Assembly (NCBI GenBank): GCA_964538435.1
Contig: CAZIDX010000002.1
Span: 41,566-105,565 of the forward strand
DNA length: 64,000 nt
Reading direction: 5' to 3'
From: an uncultured Gammaproteobacteria bacterium
GTDB taxonomy: Bacteria; Patescibacteriota; Patescibacteriia; UBA9934; GWF2-40-263
Part shown: positions 56,269 through 64,000 of the stretch, piece after piece
How positions within the stretch are numbered: the stretch's first letter is position 1
Layout: each line of letters begins with the position of its first letter
Made by a program: the position numbers and the translations under genes
Notes under the pieces: generated by a model
What the model was told of the DNA's origin: nothing
What the model saw: only the letters and a program-made list of their open reading frames with translations
The model's database searches: none

Positions 56269-57438
56269 ATGGGACGAGGAGTTCTCTCACGAGTAGCACA
56301 CACCAGGACGCGTGACACCGCCACCCGCGGAGGTCGCAGCGCCACCCACCGGGCCGAAGAGCGCGTGCGCATGGGCAAGGGACTCGACGTGTCCGTGGAC
56401 CCCAAGGGGTACCCGCACCTGGGTCCGGTCCGGCTCAGCCTGCCGCGCTTCGACCAGCGTGAAGACGGTCTCTGGGAGCTCACCAGCGGCATGCCCGTCC
56501 CGGTGGAGACCCTGCTCGACGGTACCGGTTCCATGGGGCACGATTTCATCGCCGCCGTCATGGCCGTCCTGCCCGACGCGTTCGATGCGTTCACCTCCGG
56601 AACCATGCCGGTGCTGGGGCGCTACGACGTGCAGATCGCCAACGCCATCTTCGGCGACACGGTCGACACCCACAACGGGCGTCACGTGCTGTGCCGGACC
56701 CAGTTCGAGATGGCCGACAAGATCTCGGTCCAGGTCACGAACCTGGCCCCGACGCACGGTGGTGCCGGCAACGGCAAGGAAGACCCCCAGTTCGGGCTCT
56801 TCGCGGCCGCCTACCTGACCAACGCCAGGCTCTGGAAGTACGGTCTGCGCGGCTACCACTTCGTCTTCACCGACGACAACTCGGTGATGGAGGTCGAGGT
56901 GAGCTGGCTGAAGCGCATCTTCGGGGATGACGTCCTCGAGCGTGCGTGCGAGAACGGCCACGACTTCTCCGGTGTGCGCAGCATCCCGACCCAGCAGGTC
57001 GTGCAGGATCTGCTGAGCCACACCAACGCCTTCGTCTTCCTGCGGCAGGGCAACAGCATCCGCTCCTGGCAGCGCCTCTACGGCAACGACCGCTGCATCG
57101 TCATGGACGACATGCCCGACACCTTCCACCTCTACGAGGCCGTGGTGATCGGGCTGACCGAGGGCATCATCAACCTGGAGACGGCCGAGACCTTCCTGAT
57201 CGAGCACGGCGCCGACCAGCGCCAGGCCCAGCGCATCGTGCACGCGGTCTCGCACATCCCCCTGGGCGCCCAGACCCTGCGCGAGAACTTCCACCGGATC
57301 CCGGTCGCCGGCGATCTGTTCCGCGAGAAGACCGACCTCTGGCCCCTCACCGCGGACGAGATCGCTGCGCACACCGGCGAGGCCTCGGACGGCGCCAGCG
57401 GCTCCAGCGAGGGTAGCGACAAGGTCCAGTGGCTCTAG
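56269..57438 (+). CDS. PP2C-like (PPM) phosphatase-fold or vWA-like protein; GC-rich
   Basis: LLDGTGSMGHDFIAAV resembles PP2C motif-2 VADGMGGHxAG; QREDG resembles RxxNED; GDTVD resembles GDSR; alternative reading as vWA MIDAS DxTxS. Confidence 0.35.
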   Translation: MGRGVLSRVAHTRTRDTATRGGRSATHRAEERVRMGKGLDVSVDPKGYPHLGPVRLSLPRFDQREDGLWELTSGMPVPVETLLDGTGSMGHDFIAAVMAVLPDAFDAFTSGTMPVLGRYDVQIANAIFGDTVDTHNGRHVLCRTQFEMADKISVQVTNLAPTHGGAGNGKEDPQFGLFAAAYLTNARLWKYGLRGYHFVFTDDNSVMEVEVSWLKRIFGDDVLERACENGHDFSGVRSIPTQQVVQDLLSHTNAFVFLRQGNSIRSWQRLYGNDRCIVMDDMPDTFHLYEAVVIGLTEGIINLETAETFLIEHGADQRQAQRIVHAVSHIPLGAQTLRENFHRIPVAGDLFREKTDLWPLTADEIAAHTGEASDGASGSSEGSDKVQWL

Positions 57439-57469
57439 GGACGAGCTGAATCCAGCTCTACGACAACGA

Positions 57470-57500
57470 CCCCGACTAGCGCATGCTAGTCGGGGCTTTC
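57470..57500 (+). terminator. terminator ccccgactagc-gcat-gctagtcgggg-CUUUCC
   Basis: Perfect 11-bp stem. Confidence 0.6.
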
Positions 57501-57563
57501 CATGAGATCATCGTGATAAACACGGTGACATCGTGGTTAGAACCACCAACCCGAGAGGTACAC

Positions 57564-58970
57564 GTGAAGAAGTGTTACATCGTCACCGACCTCGGACCCG
57601 GGGACGGTGGAAAAGGTGGCATCGTCCACCGCATCGCAACCCTGCTGCGAGCCATCTGCATCATCAAGGCAGGCGGCTTCCAAGGCAACCACGGCGTGCA
57701 CACCTCCCGAGGTGAACGCATGGACTTCAGTCAGTGGGGCTGCGGAACCCTCGAAGGAATCCGGACCCACATCTCGACTGACCTCATTGTGAGTCCTGAA
57801 GGACTCCTCAACGAAGCCGATCAGCTCCAGCGCCAGTGCGGAATCAACAACCCCTGGAGCATGCTGACCATCGATGAAAACGCACTGTGCTCAACCGAGT
57901 TCCACGGCGTGGCCTCGCGCATCAAGGAGATGGCCCGCGGTAAAAACCCGCGTGGAACCATCGGATCCGGCGCGGGCCAGTGCCATCGCTACAACCAGAG
58001 CCACCCCAAGCTCTCCATCTTCATGCGCGACCTGCGCGACCCCAAGACCCTGCGCTTCAAGCTCAACCTGATCCGGCTGCACATCGCATCAGATCTCATC
58101 GAGATCATCGAAGGTGGCTTCCTGCCTACGGACAACGAGCGTGTTCAAGACGAACTGAGCTTCATCATGAACCCTCATTCGGTCAACTACGTACTCGAGC
58201 GCTTCCTCATGGTAGGCAGGCTTGCAAACATCGTGGACTCAGACTACATGGCTCGCGAAATCCTCTCGAAGGATGGAGTCGTGGTCGTAGAGTCCTCGCA
58301 CGGTGTCCTCACTGACAACCTCATGGGCTTTGCCCCGCACACCAGCGCGATCCGCACGATCCCGCTCCTGCGCGAAAAACTCATCAAGGAAGCTGGCTAC
58401 GACGGACAGATCGTACATGTGGCCTGCCACCGCGCCTACAACGTGCGCCACGGCGCTGGCCCCATGCCAACAACCGATCCGAGTCTGAACGAAACCCTGC
58501 TCCCAGGCTCGTCCAATGACGAGAACCGCTGGCAAGGACATGTCCGGGTTGGTCCACTCGACCTCCCGCTCCTGCGCTACGCCATCGCGGTCAGCGGCCC
58601 CGAGCTCTTCAATGGCCTGGCTCTGACCTGGTTCGACCAGATCGTGAGAAACAATGTTTGGCACGTGGTGCATCGCTACAGCAGCGGAACCGAAGACCGA
58701 AAGTTCTTCACTGCTGACGGCGAGCTGCGGATCACAGCACTGCCAAGCAAGGCAGAGCAACACGCGTACACGCGCGAACTCGGAGACCAGCTCAGCCGCT
58801 GCGTTCCCGAGATCACCTCCATCCCAATCCCAGACGGACTGAGCCCAGAGGAGCTCTTTCATCTGGTCGAGGACGTCCTCAACAACGCGCTGGGTATCGA
58901 GCTTGCCATGCTCTCGCTCGGCCCCACCGAAACGGACAAGGTCCTCATGGCTCCCAAGAGCCAACGGTAA
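57564..58970 (+). CDS. divergent adenylosuccinate synthetase (PurA)-family protein with substituted substrate-binding motifs; GTG start after SD GAGAGG
   Basis: GDGGKGG (PurA GDEGKGK), GNHGVHT (GGHNAGHT), RAYNVRHGAGPMPT (KAYSTRVGAGPFPT), LSLGPTETDKVLM (ISTGPDRTETM); but TTGRGIGP becomes TIGSGAGQ, GAQG becomes SSHG, GATTGRRRRTGW becomes NRWQGHVRVG. Confidence 0.7.
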   Translation: MKKCYIVTDLGPGDGGKGGIVHRIATLLRAICIIKAGGFQGNHGVHTSRGERMDFSQWGCGTLEGIRTHISTDLIVSPEGLLNEADQLQRQCGINNPWSMLTIDENALCSTEFHGVASRIKEMARGKNPRGTIGSGAGQCHRYNQSHPKLSIFMRDLRDPKTLRFKLNLIRLHIASDLIEIIEGGFLPTDNERVQDELSFIMNPHSVNYVLERFLMVGRLANIVDSDYMAREILSKDGVVVVESSHGVLTDNLMGFAPHTSAIRTIPLLREKLIKEAGYDGQIVHVACHRAYNVRHGAGPMPTTDPSLNETLLPGSSNDENRWQGHVRVGPLDLPLLRYAIAVSGPELFNGLALTWFDQIVRNNVWHVVHRYSSGTEDRKFFTADGELRITALPSKAEQHAYTRELGDQLSRCVPEITSIPIPDGLSPEELFHLVEDVLNNALGIELAMLSLGPTETDKVLMAPKSQR

Positions 58971-58978
58971 CCAAAACA

Positions 58979-59006
58979 CCCGGACGCAACGCGCGCCCGG
59001 GTTTTC
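58979..59006 (+). terminator. terminator cccgg-N12-ccggg-UUUUCUAAUU
   Basis: Read directly. Confidence 0.55.
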
Positions 59007-59035
59007 TAATTCAATCTCATCCCCCATGGAGATGG

Positions 59036-59122
59036 CGACCTGAGGGCCTCGATGGCCCGAAAGGTCGTGATACCACTCTCCTCCACCGTTCGAGGAGAGT
59101 GCAACGTGCGCTCTAAGGCGCA
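59036..59122 (+). ncRNA. candidate structured RNA / triple-hairpin GC-rich element (strand uncertain)
   Basis: Three consecutive hairpins: cgaccu-ga-gggcc-ucgau-ggccc-gaa-aggucg; cucuccuc-caccguuc-gaggagag; ugcgc-ucuaag-gcgca; no ORF. Confidence 0.2.
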
Positions 59123-59217
59123 GGGGACAATTTTTGTGAGGTCAGCTTGCTGCCGAACAAAGAATTCGTCCCCGAGCCCTCTCTCTTAAAACTTACAGGC
59201 CTAGTAAAGGCGAAAAA

Positions 59218-61128
59218 TTAACGCTCTAGCTTAGGTAAAAACACACGATCTACATACAACTTCGTCGCAACCTGCCTATACCCCGAATCATAGAACATAC
59301 TCTCCCCATCCATCCGATCCGCCTTTTCTGAATGCAATCCACCAAACCGCGGATTAAACCGCTCGTATCCATTATGCATAAGCCGATACTGAAGCGTATC
59401 CCGCTCCATTTCTTCAATACAAATCGCTCGATGATCAATACCTTGAAACTCTCGCCCCTGATCATACAAATACGGCGCAAGCACTTTCTGCCTGAGTTCT
59501 TGTACAGCCCCAGGCTCTCCATCCCACACTGCCCCAAAGAGCGCATAGGCCCAAATACTTTCTGCGCGGTGCGGATCAAACTCTTCATGATCCTGAATCC
59601 AAAGCTCTTCGCCCCGCTCCTCAAGCCAAAACTCTGTAACCTCTCCACCAATCATCTCATGCCCGAAAAGTTCTGTGAGTGCTTCCCGCATCTTCTTTGT
59701 ATCTTTCTCTTGCATCCCTTCTCGCACAAACACAGCAACATCAAGATCAGAATCCTCCCGACCATACCCCTTGAGCCGAGACCCAAACGGAAGCACAACT
59801 GGATACACATATTTTGAAAGTACAGGGTGATTCTCAAGCTCAGTTGCAAGCCGAGTAACCTCTTTGAGCTCTGGCTTCATGCGCTTCATGTTCTCAGAAA
59901 ACGGCCCAGCAAGCTTTGGTGCTTTAAGCCCGAGATTCTCAAGCTGCATCTTACTCATGACTCCGTGCCTCGTGGCATGGTGGAACGTTTTTGCAAGCAC
60001 TCCACGAAGCTCTTCTGGCCCCTGAGTCCAAAGATCCATAAGTTTAGCTCCATAATCATCAAATAATTCTTGAGCAAGCAAATCGCGATCCTCAGCCAAC
60101 GCATCAATCGCGCGCAAGAGCCCATGAATACAAGCTTCCTGCACAAGCAGATCACCAGAATCAAGAAGTGCATTTCCATTAAATTCTTCATCACGCAGTG
60201 CTTCTGCAATCATCTCCCCTGCCTGCTCTATAGCAATACGTTTTCCATCTTTGCGAAGCCACGCCTCCCGTTTCTTTGTAATGCCATCATGCTTTTCTGA
60301 ATCAATCCGAACAAACTCAGCCTCAAGCCATGTTGCAACACTTCCTGCAGTCACCTCAGCAAGCGATGGTTTCTCGGCGCGCACAGGTACCTTCACACCA
60401 ACCCCCATGCGATCAAGATCAATCTGCTCGATCAAACCTTTTTCAAGAAGCACGGGAATGGTATCTGCCACACTCTGCACCAACAAAGGGTCAGAATCCT
60501 TAAGAAGCTCAAATACATCTCCAGGCTCAAGCCAGCCTTTTTCCATAAGCCCTGGAATAAGGTGAGCTGCCTTTACCACCCGCTCAAGATCTCCGTCCCG
60601 CGTTTCAATATCCATCACATCCCCATCAACAAAGTTCGCGCGCACATCATGTGTGCCCAAGAGCCGATCCCAAGCATGCAAATACTTCTCTCGAAGCGTG
60701 AGCGCTGCATCATCAAGATCACCTGTCTTAATCTTCCAATCCGCATCAGGCAAAAGCTCAAACGGAAGATAGAGCAATACTCTCTGATATTCAGAATCCT
60801 CTTCAAGCATCTTGCTAAGCGACTCATAGAGCTCTGCAACCTGACCCTCAGCAAGCTCACCAAGCTCCACAGCTCGCTGAACAGAAACATCAGGTCGTGA
60901 CAAAGCCGCAAACACCGTGTCGAGTCTCTCACTGAGCTGACGACGCTCCTTAACCTGACGCTGAAACTCAGGATTGTCTACAACTTCCTTTGGTAGCACC
61001 TTCTCAGCACTCCCAACATCTAACAAAACCTCACTCGCTGAGGGTTGAAAATATTGCTCAATTTTGGCCTCTTCGACATGTTTTTCATGTTCTTGTGTCA
61101 TATACGCACAGTGTAGCAGATTCCCCAA
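59218..61128 (-). CDS. large hypothetical protein with C-terminal Pol-beta-type nucleotidyltransferase domain
   Basis: FGSRLKGYGREDSDLDVAVFV fits GSx10DhDh; about 450-aa helical N-terminal region of unknown function. Confidence 0.45.
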   Translation of the reverse strand: MGNLLHCAYMTQEHEKHVEEAKIEQYFQPSASEVLLDVGSAEKVLPKEVVDNPEFQRQVKERRQLSERLDTVFAALSRPDVSVQRAVELGELAEGQVAELYESLSKMLEEDSEYQRVLLYLPFELLPDADWKIKTGDLDDAALTLREKYLHAWDRLLGTHDVRANFVDGDVMDIETRDGDLERVVKAAHLIPGLMEKGWLEPGDVFELLKDSDPLLVQSVADTIPVLLEKGLIEQIDLDRMGVGVKVPVRAEKPSLAEVTAGSVATWLEAEFVRIDSEKHDGITKKREAWLRKDGKRIAIEQAGEMIAEALRDEEFNGNALLDSGDLLVQEACIHGLLRAIDALAEDRDLLAQELFDDYGAKLMDLWTQGPEELRGVLAKTFHHATRHGVMSKMQLENLGLKAPKLAGPFSENMKRMKPELKEVTRLATELENHPVLSKYVYPVVLPFGSRLKGYGREDSDLDVAVFVREGMQEKDTKKMREALTELFGHEMIGGEVTEFWLEERGEELWIQDHEEFDPHRAESIWAYALFGAVWDGEPGAVQELRQKVLAPYLYDQGREFQGIDHRAICIEEMERDTLQYRLMHNGYERFNPRFGGLHSEKADRMDGESMFYDSGYRQVATKLYVDRVFLPKLER

Positions 61129-61161
61129 CCAAAAACACCCGCTCCACGCGGGTGTTTGTTT

Positions 61162-62031
61162 TTATGAAAAGAAATCTTTCAAACCAGCCCAGAACCCTTT
61201 CCTCTTTGCAGACTTCTTTGCGGCCGCCTTTTGCTCTGGAAGGCCCTGCGGCTCAAAATCAGGACTCGCTGCCTCATCCTTCAGTGCCTGCCACTCACCT
61301 CGTGTAAATGCTCGAGCATCGTCTTTTCTTGGCTCTCTCGTGCGCCCCCTACTCGTCTCAGCACCACCTTTCTTTGTGTCATACGCATCCACCTTTCTAT
61401 CAAGCAAAGCCTCAGCCTTCAAAAAGGTTCGCATCTTCTCACCGTCTGTCATGCCCAAACGAATTTTTTGCGCATCAAACCTACTACGATTCGCACCCCA
61501 AACTCTTGAGAGGCTATCCACATCCTCATCTGTTAAATTCTCAATGTGCTCTTCCAAACCAATCACCATATCAAACACTTGGTCTGCCGCCTCATCATAA
61601 CCTTGCTGTGCATCATCGCTATCAGGATTTCTTCCAGCATGACTTTCAGCTCCCTTAAACACATGCACAGCAATCATGAGTTTTTGAATTGCCAAGTCTA
61701 TCTTATTTCGACCTTCGCTATACTCTTGTTCCTCAGCTGCTTTCTGCTCAGCCTCTCTAAGATCTCGTTCCACTGATCTTCGCTTCACATCAACGGCTAA
61801 CTGCCGCTCAACTGGATCCTTACTTGTCTCACTGGGCGCCCTAAGACTGACCCTAGCCCCAGGATCCCCATCTAGCTCGGCAATCCTTGCTTCATTAAAT
61901 GCAAGCAGTCTTTTTCCAATATCCTCCATCTCATCATCCCCCATCCTCTCAGCTGGAGCTTCTTGGCCTCCTTCTGGTTTTTTTCTCTTCCACCCATCGC
62001 CTCCAGATGAGTCTCTTGCGTCAAAATTCAT
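61162..62031 (-). CDS. hypothetical charged protein (289 aa)
   Basis: ORF, coding-like; no motif. Confidence 0.4.
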   Translation of the reverse strand: MNFDARDSSGGDGWKRKKPEGGQEAPAERMGDDEMEDIGKRLLAFNEARIAELDGDPGARVSLRAPSETSKDPVERQLAVDVKRRSVERDLREAEQKAAEEQEYSEGRNKIDLAIQKLMIAVHVFKGAESHAGRNPDSDDAQQGYDEAADQVFDMVIGLEEHIENLTDEDVDSLSRVWGANRSRFDAQKIRLGMTDGEKMRTFLKAEALLDRKVDAYDTKKGGAETSRGRTREPRKDDARAFTRGEWQALKDEAASPDFEPQGLPEQKAAAKKSAKRKGFWAGLKDFFS

Positions 62032-62052
62032 ATAATTTTCGAAAATGTGTTG

Positions 62053-64000
62053 TTAATCAAGTACTAATTCTATTCTACGCTTCATAACTATAGGGTCAAC
62101 CTCTTCACCCACACCAAATTCTTCACCCAGATCAAATCGAGAGAACAATGTAAGATCCACATCAATCACATAATCCGCCCAATCATCTCCAAACAACCCG
62201 ATCGCCGTCTCTTCGTCCGGAATATGTCGAATCACAGCGCGATCCGCATCCTCACTTGTTTCAACTACATACACATGCGGCACACTCGGAATCTTCACAA
62301 GCACCACCCCAGGCTTTGGAAGCATAGGAGCACCAAGCGGAATGAGCGAAAGCGTAGCATCAGAAACAAGCCGCACGTCATCAAACCCGTCAGCCCAAGT
62401 CAAAAAGATCTGAAGCGTTGGAAACGGTCGTCGCTTGCCTTGCTCATCAAGATAGTAAACAACCTTGGTGGTCTCACCGGTAATCATGTCACCTGGCTCA
62501 AGCCCCTGAGCCACACCTTGCATAAAGCCTGTGTGTGGAGACTCTGCTTCGATTGGCAGGTCAAACAAGCCTGACCCCTCAGCCTCACTCGGCTCACCAG
62601 CTTCTCCTTCGTTTTCAATCTCATCAACCTCCTCTTCAACCACATCTTCTGTTGAGCTTCCACCTCCCCCACCAGGACTCTCAGCAACTGAAATCGAGAA
62701 TGCATAATCTGATGAATCAAACGTTTCATCAGCCGCATCCTCAAGTGAAGCGCGAACAAACGCACTTGATGTTTCTTCTTCTGGAACTTCCCAATCGTAA
62801 CTTGTTTCACTTGCAAGAACGGTATCAATAAGGTCATACGTAGCACCTGCGTCGTATGAAATGTACAAACCAACATCAGAAGAGGAAGAATAATTCGTTG
62901 TTGTCCAAGTTATGCTCTCAATGTTTCCAGAAACCACCACCTCTCCTCCCGTTGGATTGAGTAGCACAATCGTTGCAACAGGATCATCTGTCTCATACCC
63001 AGCGGTATTCTCTGCAGTAAACACCCAAGCTGTTTTACTAACAATACCAGCAAAATCATTGGTTGCTGCATCATCAAAAGCTGTTGCATTAATGAGCACA
63101 TAGTACTCTTCACCACCATCAAACTCGCCTGATGGATTCACTGTGATTGTATCGCTTCCACCGGCAGAAACCTGCCCACCAGTCACATCAATGGTCTCAA
63201 ACTCAGAATCATCTGAATTTACTTTTACTTCAATGTTTCCTGACCCAATATTCACAGACTCAGAAAACGTCATTACAAGGTTTGTGGTCGTTGATACATC
63301 ATCACTGCCATTTGCTGGCGTAAGCGCGATAATAACCGGTGCAGCAGCATCATTTAGAGTCTCTCCTGAAACATCCGAAAGATTTGAACCAGCGCCATCA
63401 TGAATTGAATTTGCTGTGCCGTTTGATGCATCATATGAAATCGTAAACGACAAATCTGTATCCCCTGCAATTGCGTTTGCAATTGTAAGCTCCAAAATAT
63501 TTGTTGCTGCAGAGCACGAAGAAACAACAATTGCACCAGCATCTACTCCTCCAAATGAATAATCCGCAACCTCGCACTCATCTAGTGTGATATTTTTGTT
63601 AAAAACCAAATCTACCTGATCCACCTGCCCATCCGTATTGATATCTTTGTATTTACCGTAATTCAGAACCAAAAGTTGAATTGGAGTAAACACTCCTGTG
63701 CTCCCGTCATCCGCAGTATCTGTCGCGCCAGTTGGCCCACCGTCTCCACCAGGAGCAACACCAGCACTAACCAAACCAGCAAAAAACGAACTTGAATTTG
63801 TTGCATACTCTACAGCGGCAAGACCTCCACCACCTCCACCACCTTCAATTGAACCATTTCCATCCGAACCATCACCACCCATAACTGAAAGGGTGCCTGT
63901 GGTACCTGAAAGAATTCCTGACACAGTAATGTACACAGAACCTCCAGAACCACCACCGTGCGCTCGGTTAGACCCAGTGTCATAAGCATCACCCCCCTCA
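62053..64000 (-). CDS. very large Gly/Thr/Asp-rich surface protein, N-terminus beyond window end (no stop in frame through position 64000)
   Basis: Repetitive beta-rich segments (Ig-like), GGGGGGG runs, acidic linker; manual check shows frame stays open to window edge. Confidence 0.5.
   Translation of the reverse strand, partial: EGGDAYDTGSNRAHGGGSGGSVYITVSGILSGTTGTLSVMGGDGSDGNGSIEGGGGGGGLAAVEYATNSSSFFAGLVSAGVAPGGDGGPTGATDTADDGSTGVFTPIQLLVLNYGKYKDINTDGQVDQVDLVFNKNITLDECEVADYSFGGVDAGAIVVSSCSAATNILELTIANAIAGDTDLSFTISYDASNGTANSIHDGAGSNLSDVSGETLNDAAAPVIIALTPANGSDDVSTTTNLVMTFSESVNIGSGNIEVKVNSDDSEFETIDVTGGQVSAGGSDTITVNPSGEFDGGEEYYVLINATAFDDAATNDFAGIVSKTAWVFTAENTAGYETDDPVATIVLLNPTGGEVVVSGNIESITWTTTNYSSSSDVGLYISYDAGATYDLIDTVLASETSYDWEVPEEETSSAFVRASLEDAADETFDSSDYAFSISVAESPGGGGGSSTEDVVEEEVDEIENEGEAGEPSEAEGSGLFDLPIEAESPHTGFMQGVAQGLEPGDMITGETTKVVYYLDEQGKRRPFPTLQIFLTWADGFDDVRLVSDATLSLIPLGAPMLPKPGVVLVKIPSVPHVYVVETSEDADRAVIRHIPDEETAIGLFGDDWADYVIDVDLTLFSRFDLGEEFGVGEEVDPIVMKRRIELVLD

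Noticed and set aside
56287-57372. 361-aa antisense ORF, with 55877-56242 and 56121-56606 also on the minus strand, inside the GC-rich operon
   Set aside because: These are shadow ORFs of high-GC coding sequence. Their composition is dominated by G/A/R/V/P, they have no SD, and they overlap well-supported sense genes.
55480-57438. 652-aa ORF spanning the kinase-like and PP2C-like genes
   Set aside because: Its first half translates to an Arg/Pro/Gly-rich product typical of an open alternative frame in GC-rich DNA. Only the part from the ATG at 56269, preceded by an SD, looks like real protein. The reading is split into 55418-56266 and 56269-57438.
56269-57438. Calling the middle islet gene a vWA (TerY-like) protein outright
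   Set aside because: DGTGSMGH fits PP2C motif 2 at least as well as a MIDAS DxSxS. Without profile searches the fold assignment is left open.

Overview
This is a 64 kb bacterial chromosomal window with a low-G+C backbone, roughly 40-45% by eye, which I could not compute. Genes are densely packed and mostly on the minus strand. Several features are compatible with a small-genome Patescibacteria/CPR-like organism, but the lineage cannot be settled from sequence alone.

Backbone content:
- an exopolysaccharide locus: a partial GT2 glycosyltransferase, a nucleotidyltransferase-fold protein, a WbaP-like sugar transferase, and an O-antigen-ligase/TPR protein;
- ftsEX;
- two dcw-cluster fragments: a SurA-like PPIase domain protein, ftsB-like, a PH-domain protein, a murE-like ligase, murD, and separately mraY-ftsW-murG;
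- tRNA-Gln(TTG) and tRNA-Lys(TTT);
- a P-type ATPase, GT4 and GT2 glycosyltransferases, a NifU-like protein, rpmA, pyrG, rplI, an ABC exporter, pgi, SOD and an RRM protein;
- a PRTase-like/RimK/VTC/DUF4956/CotH module;
- an AsnA-like ligase, a DEDD exonuclease, a PIF1-like helicase, an ABC-F ATPase and a HI0933-like flavoprotein;
- a giant Gly-rich surface protein that runs off the window end.

Several short high-G+C islets sit in this backbone: 5.35-7.1 kb, 27.3-27.9 kb, 33.36-33.89 kb, 38.7-39.2 kb, 46.96-47.5 kb, 51.26-51.6 kb and 55.4-59.15 kb. Each ends in a similar GC-hairpin terminator of the form (C/G)GGG-UUUUC-N-A-(A/U)-U. The largest, at 55.4-59.0 kb, is a three-gene operon encoding a protein-kinase-fold (probably pseudokinase) protein, a PP2C-like (or vWA-like) protein, and a divergent adenylosuccinate-synthetase (PurA) homologue whose IMP- and aspartate-binding motifs are replaced. 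This is the best candidate for an undescribed system.

Three non-coding repeat families are also present:
- three copies of a 63-bp element made of nine 7-bp units, (AGCGNNN)x4-AGTCTAN-(NCGCTNN)x4, each 3-13 nt upstream of the start codon of murE, rpmA or pyrG;
- three copies of a ~100-bp structured element with compensatory stem changes, each just after the stop of a minus-strand gene;
- a duplicated 33-bp terminator cassette around a two-gene GC-rich islet next to tRNA-Gln.

No CRISPR array, integrase, transposase or rRNA was seen.
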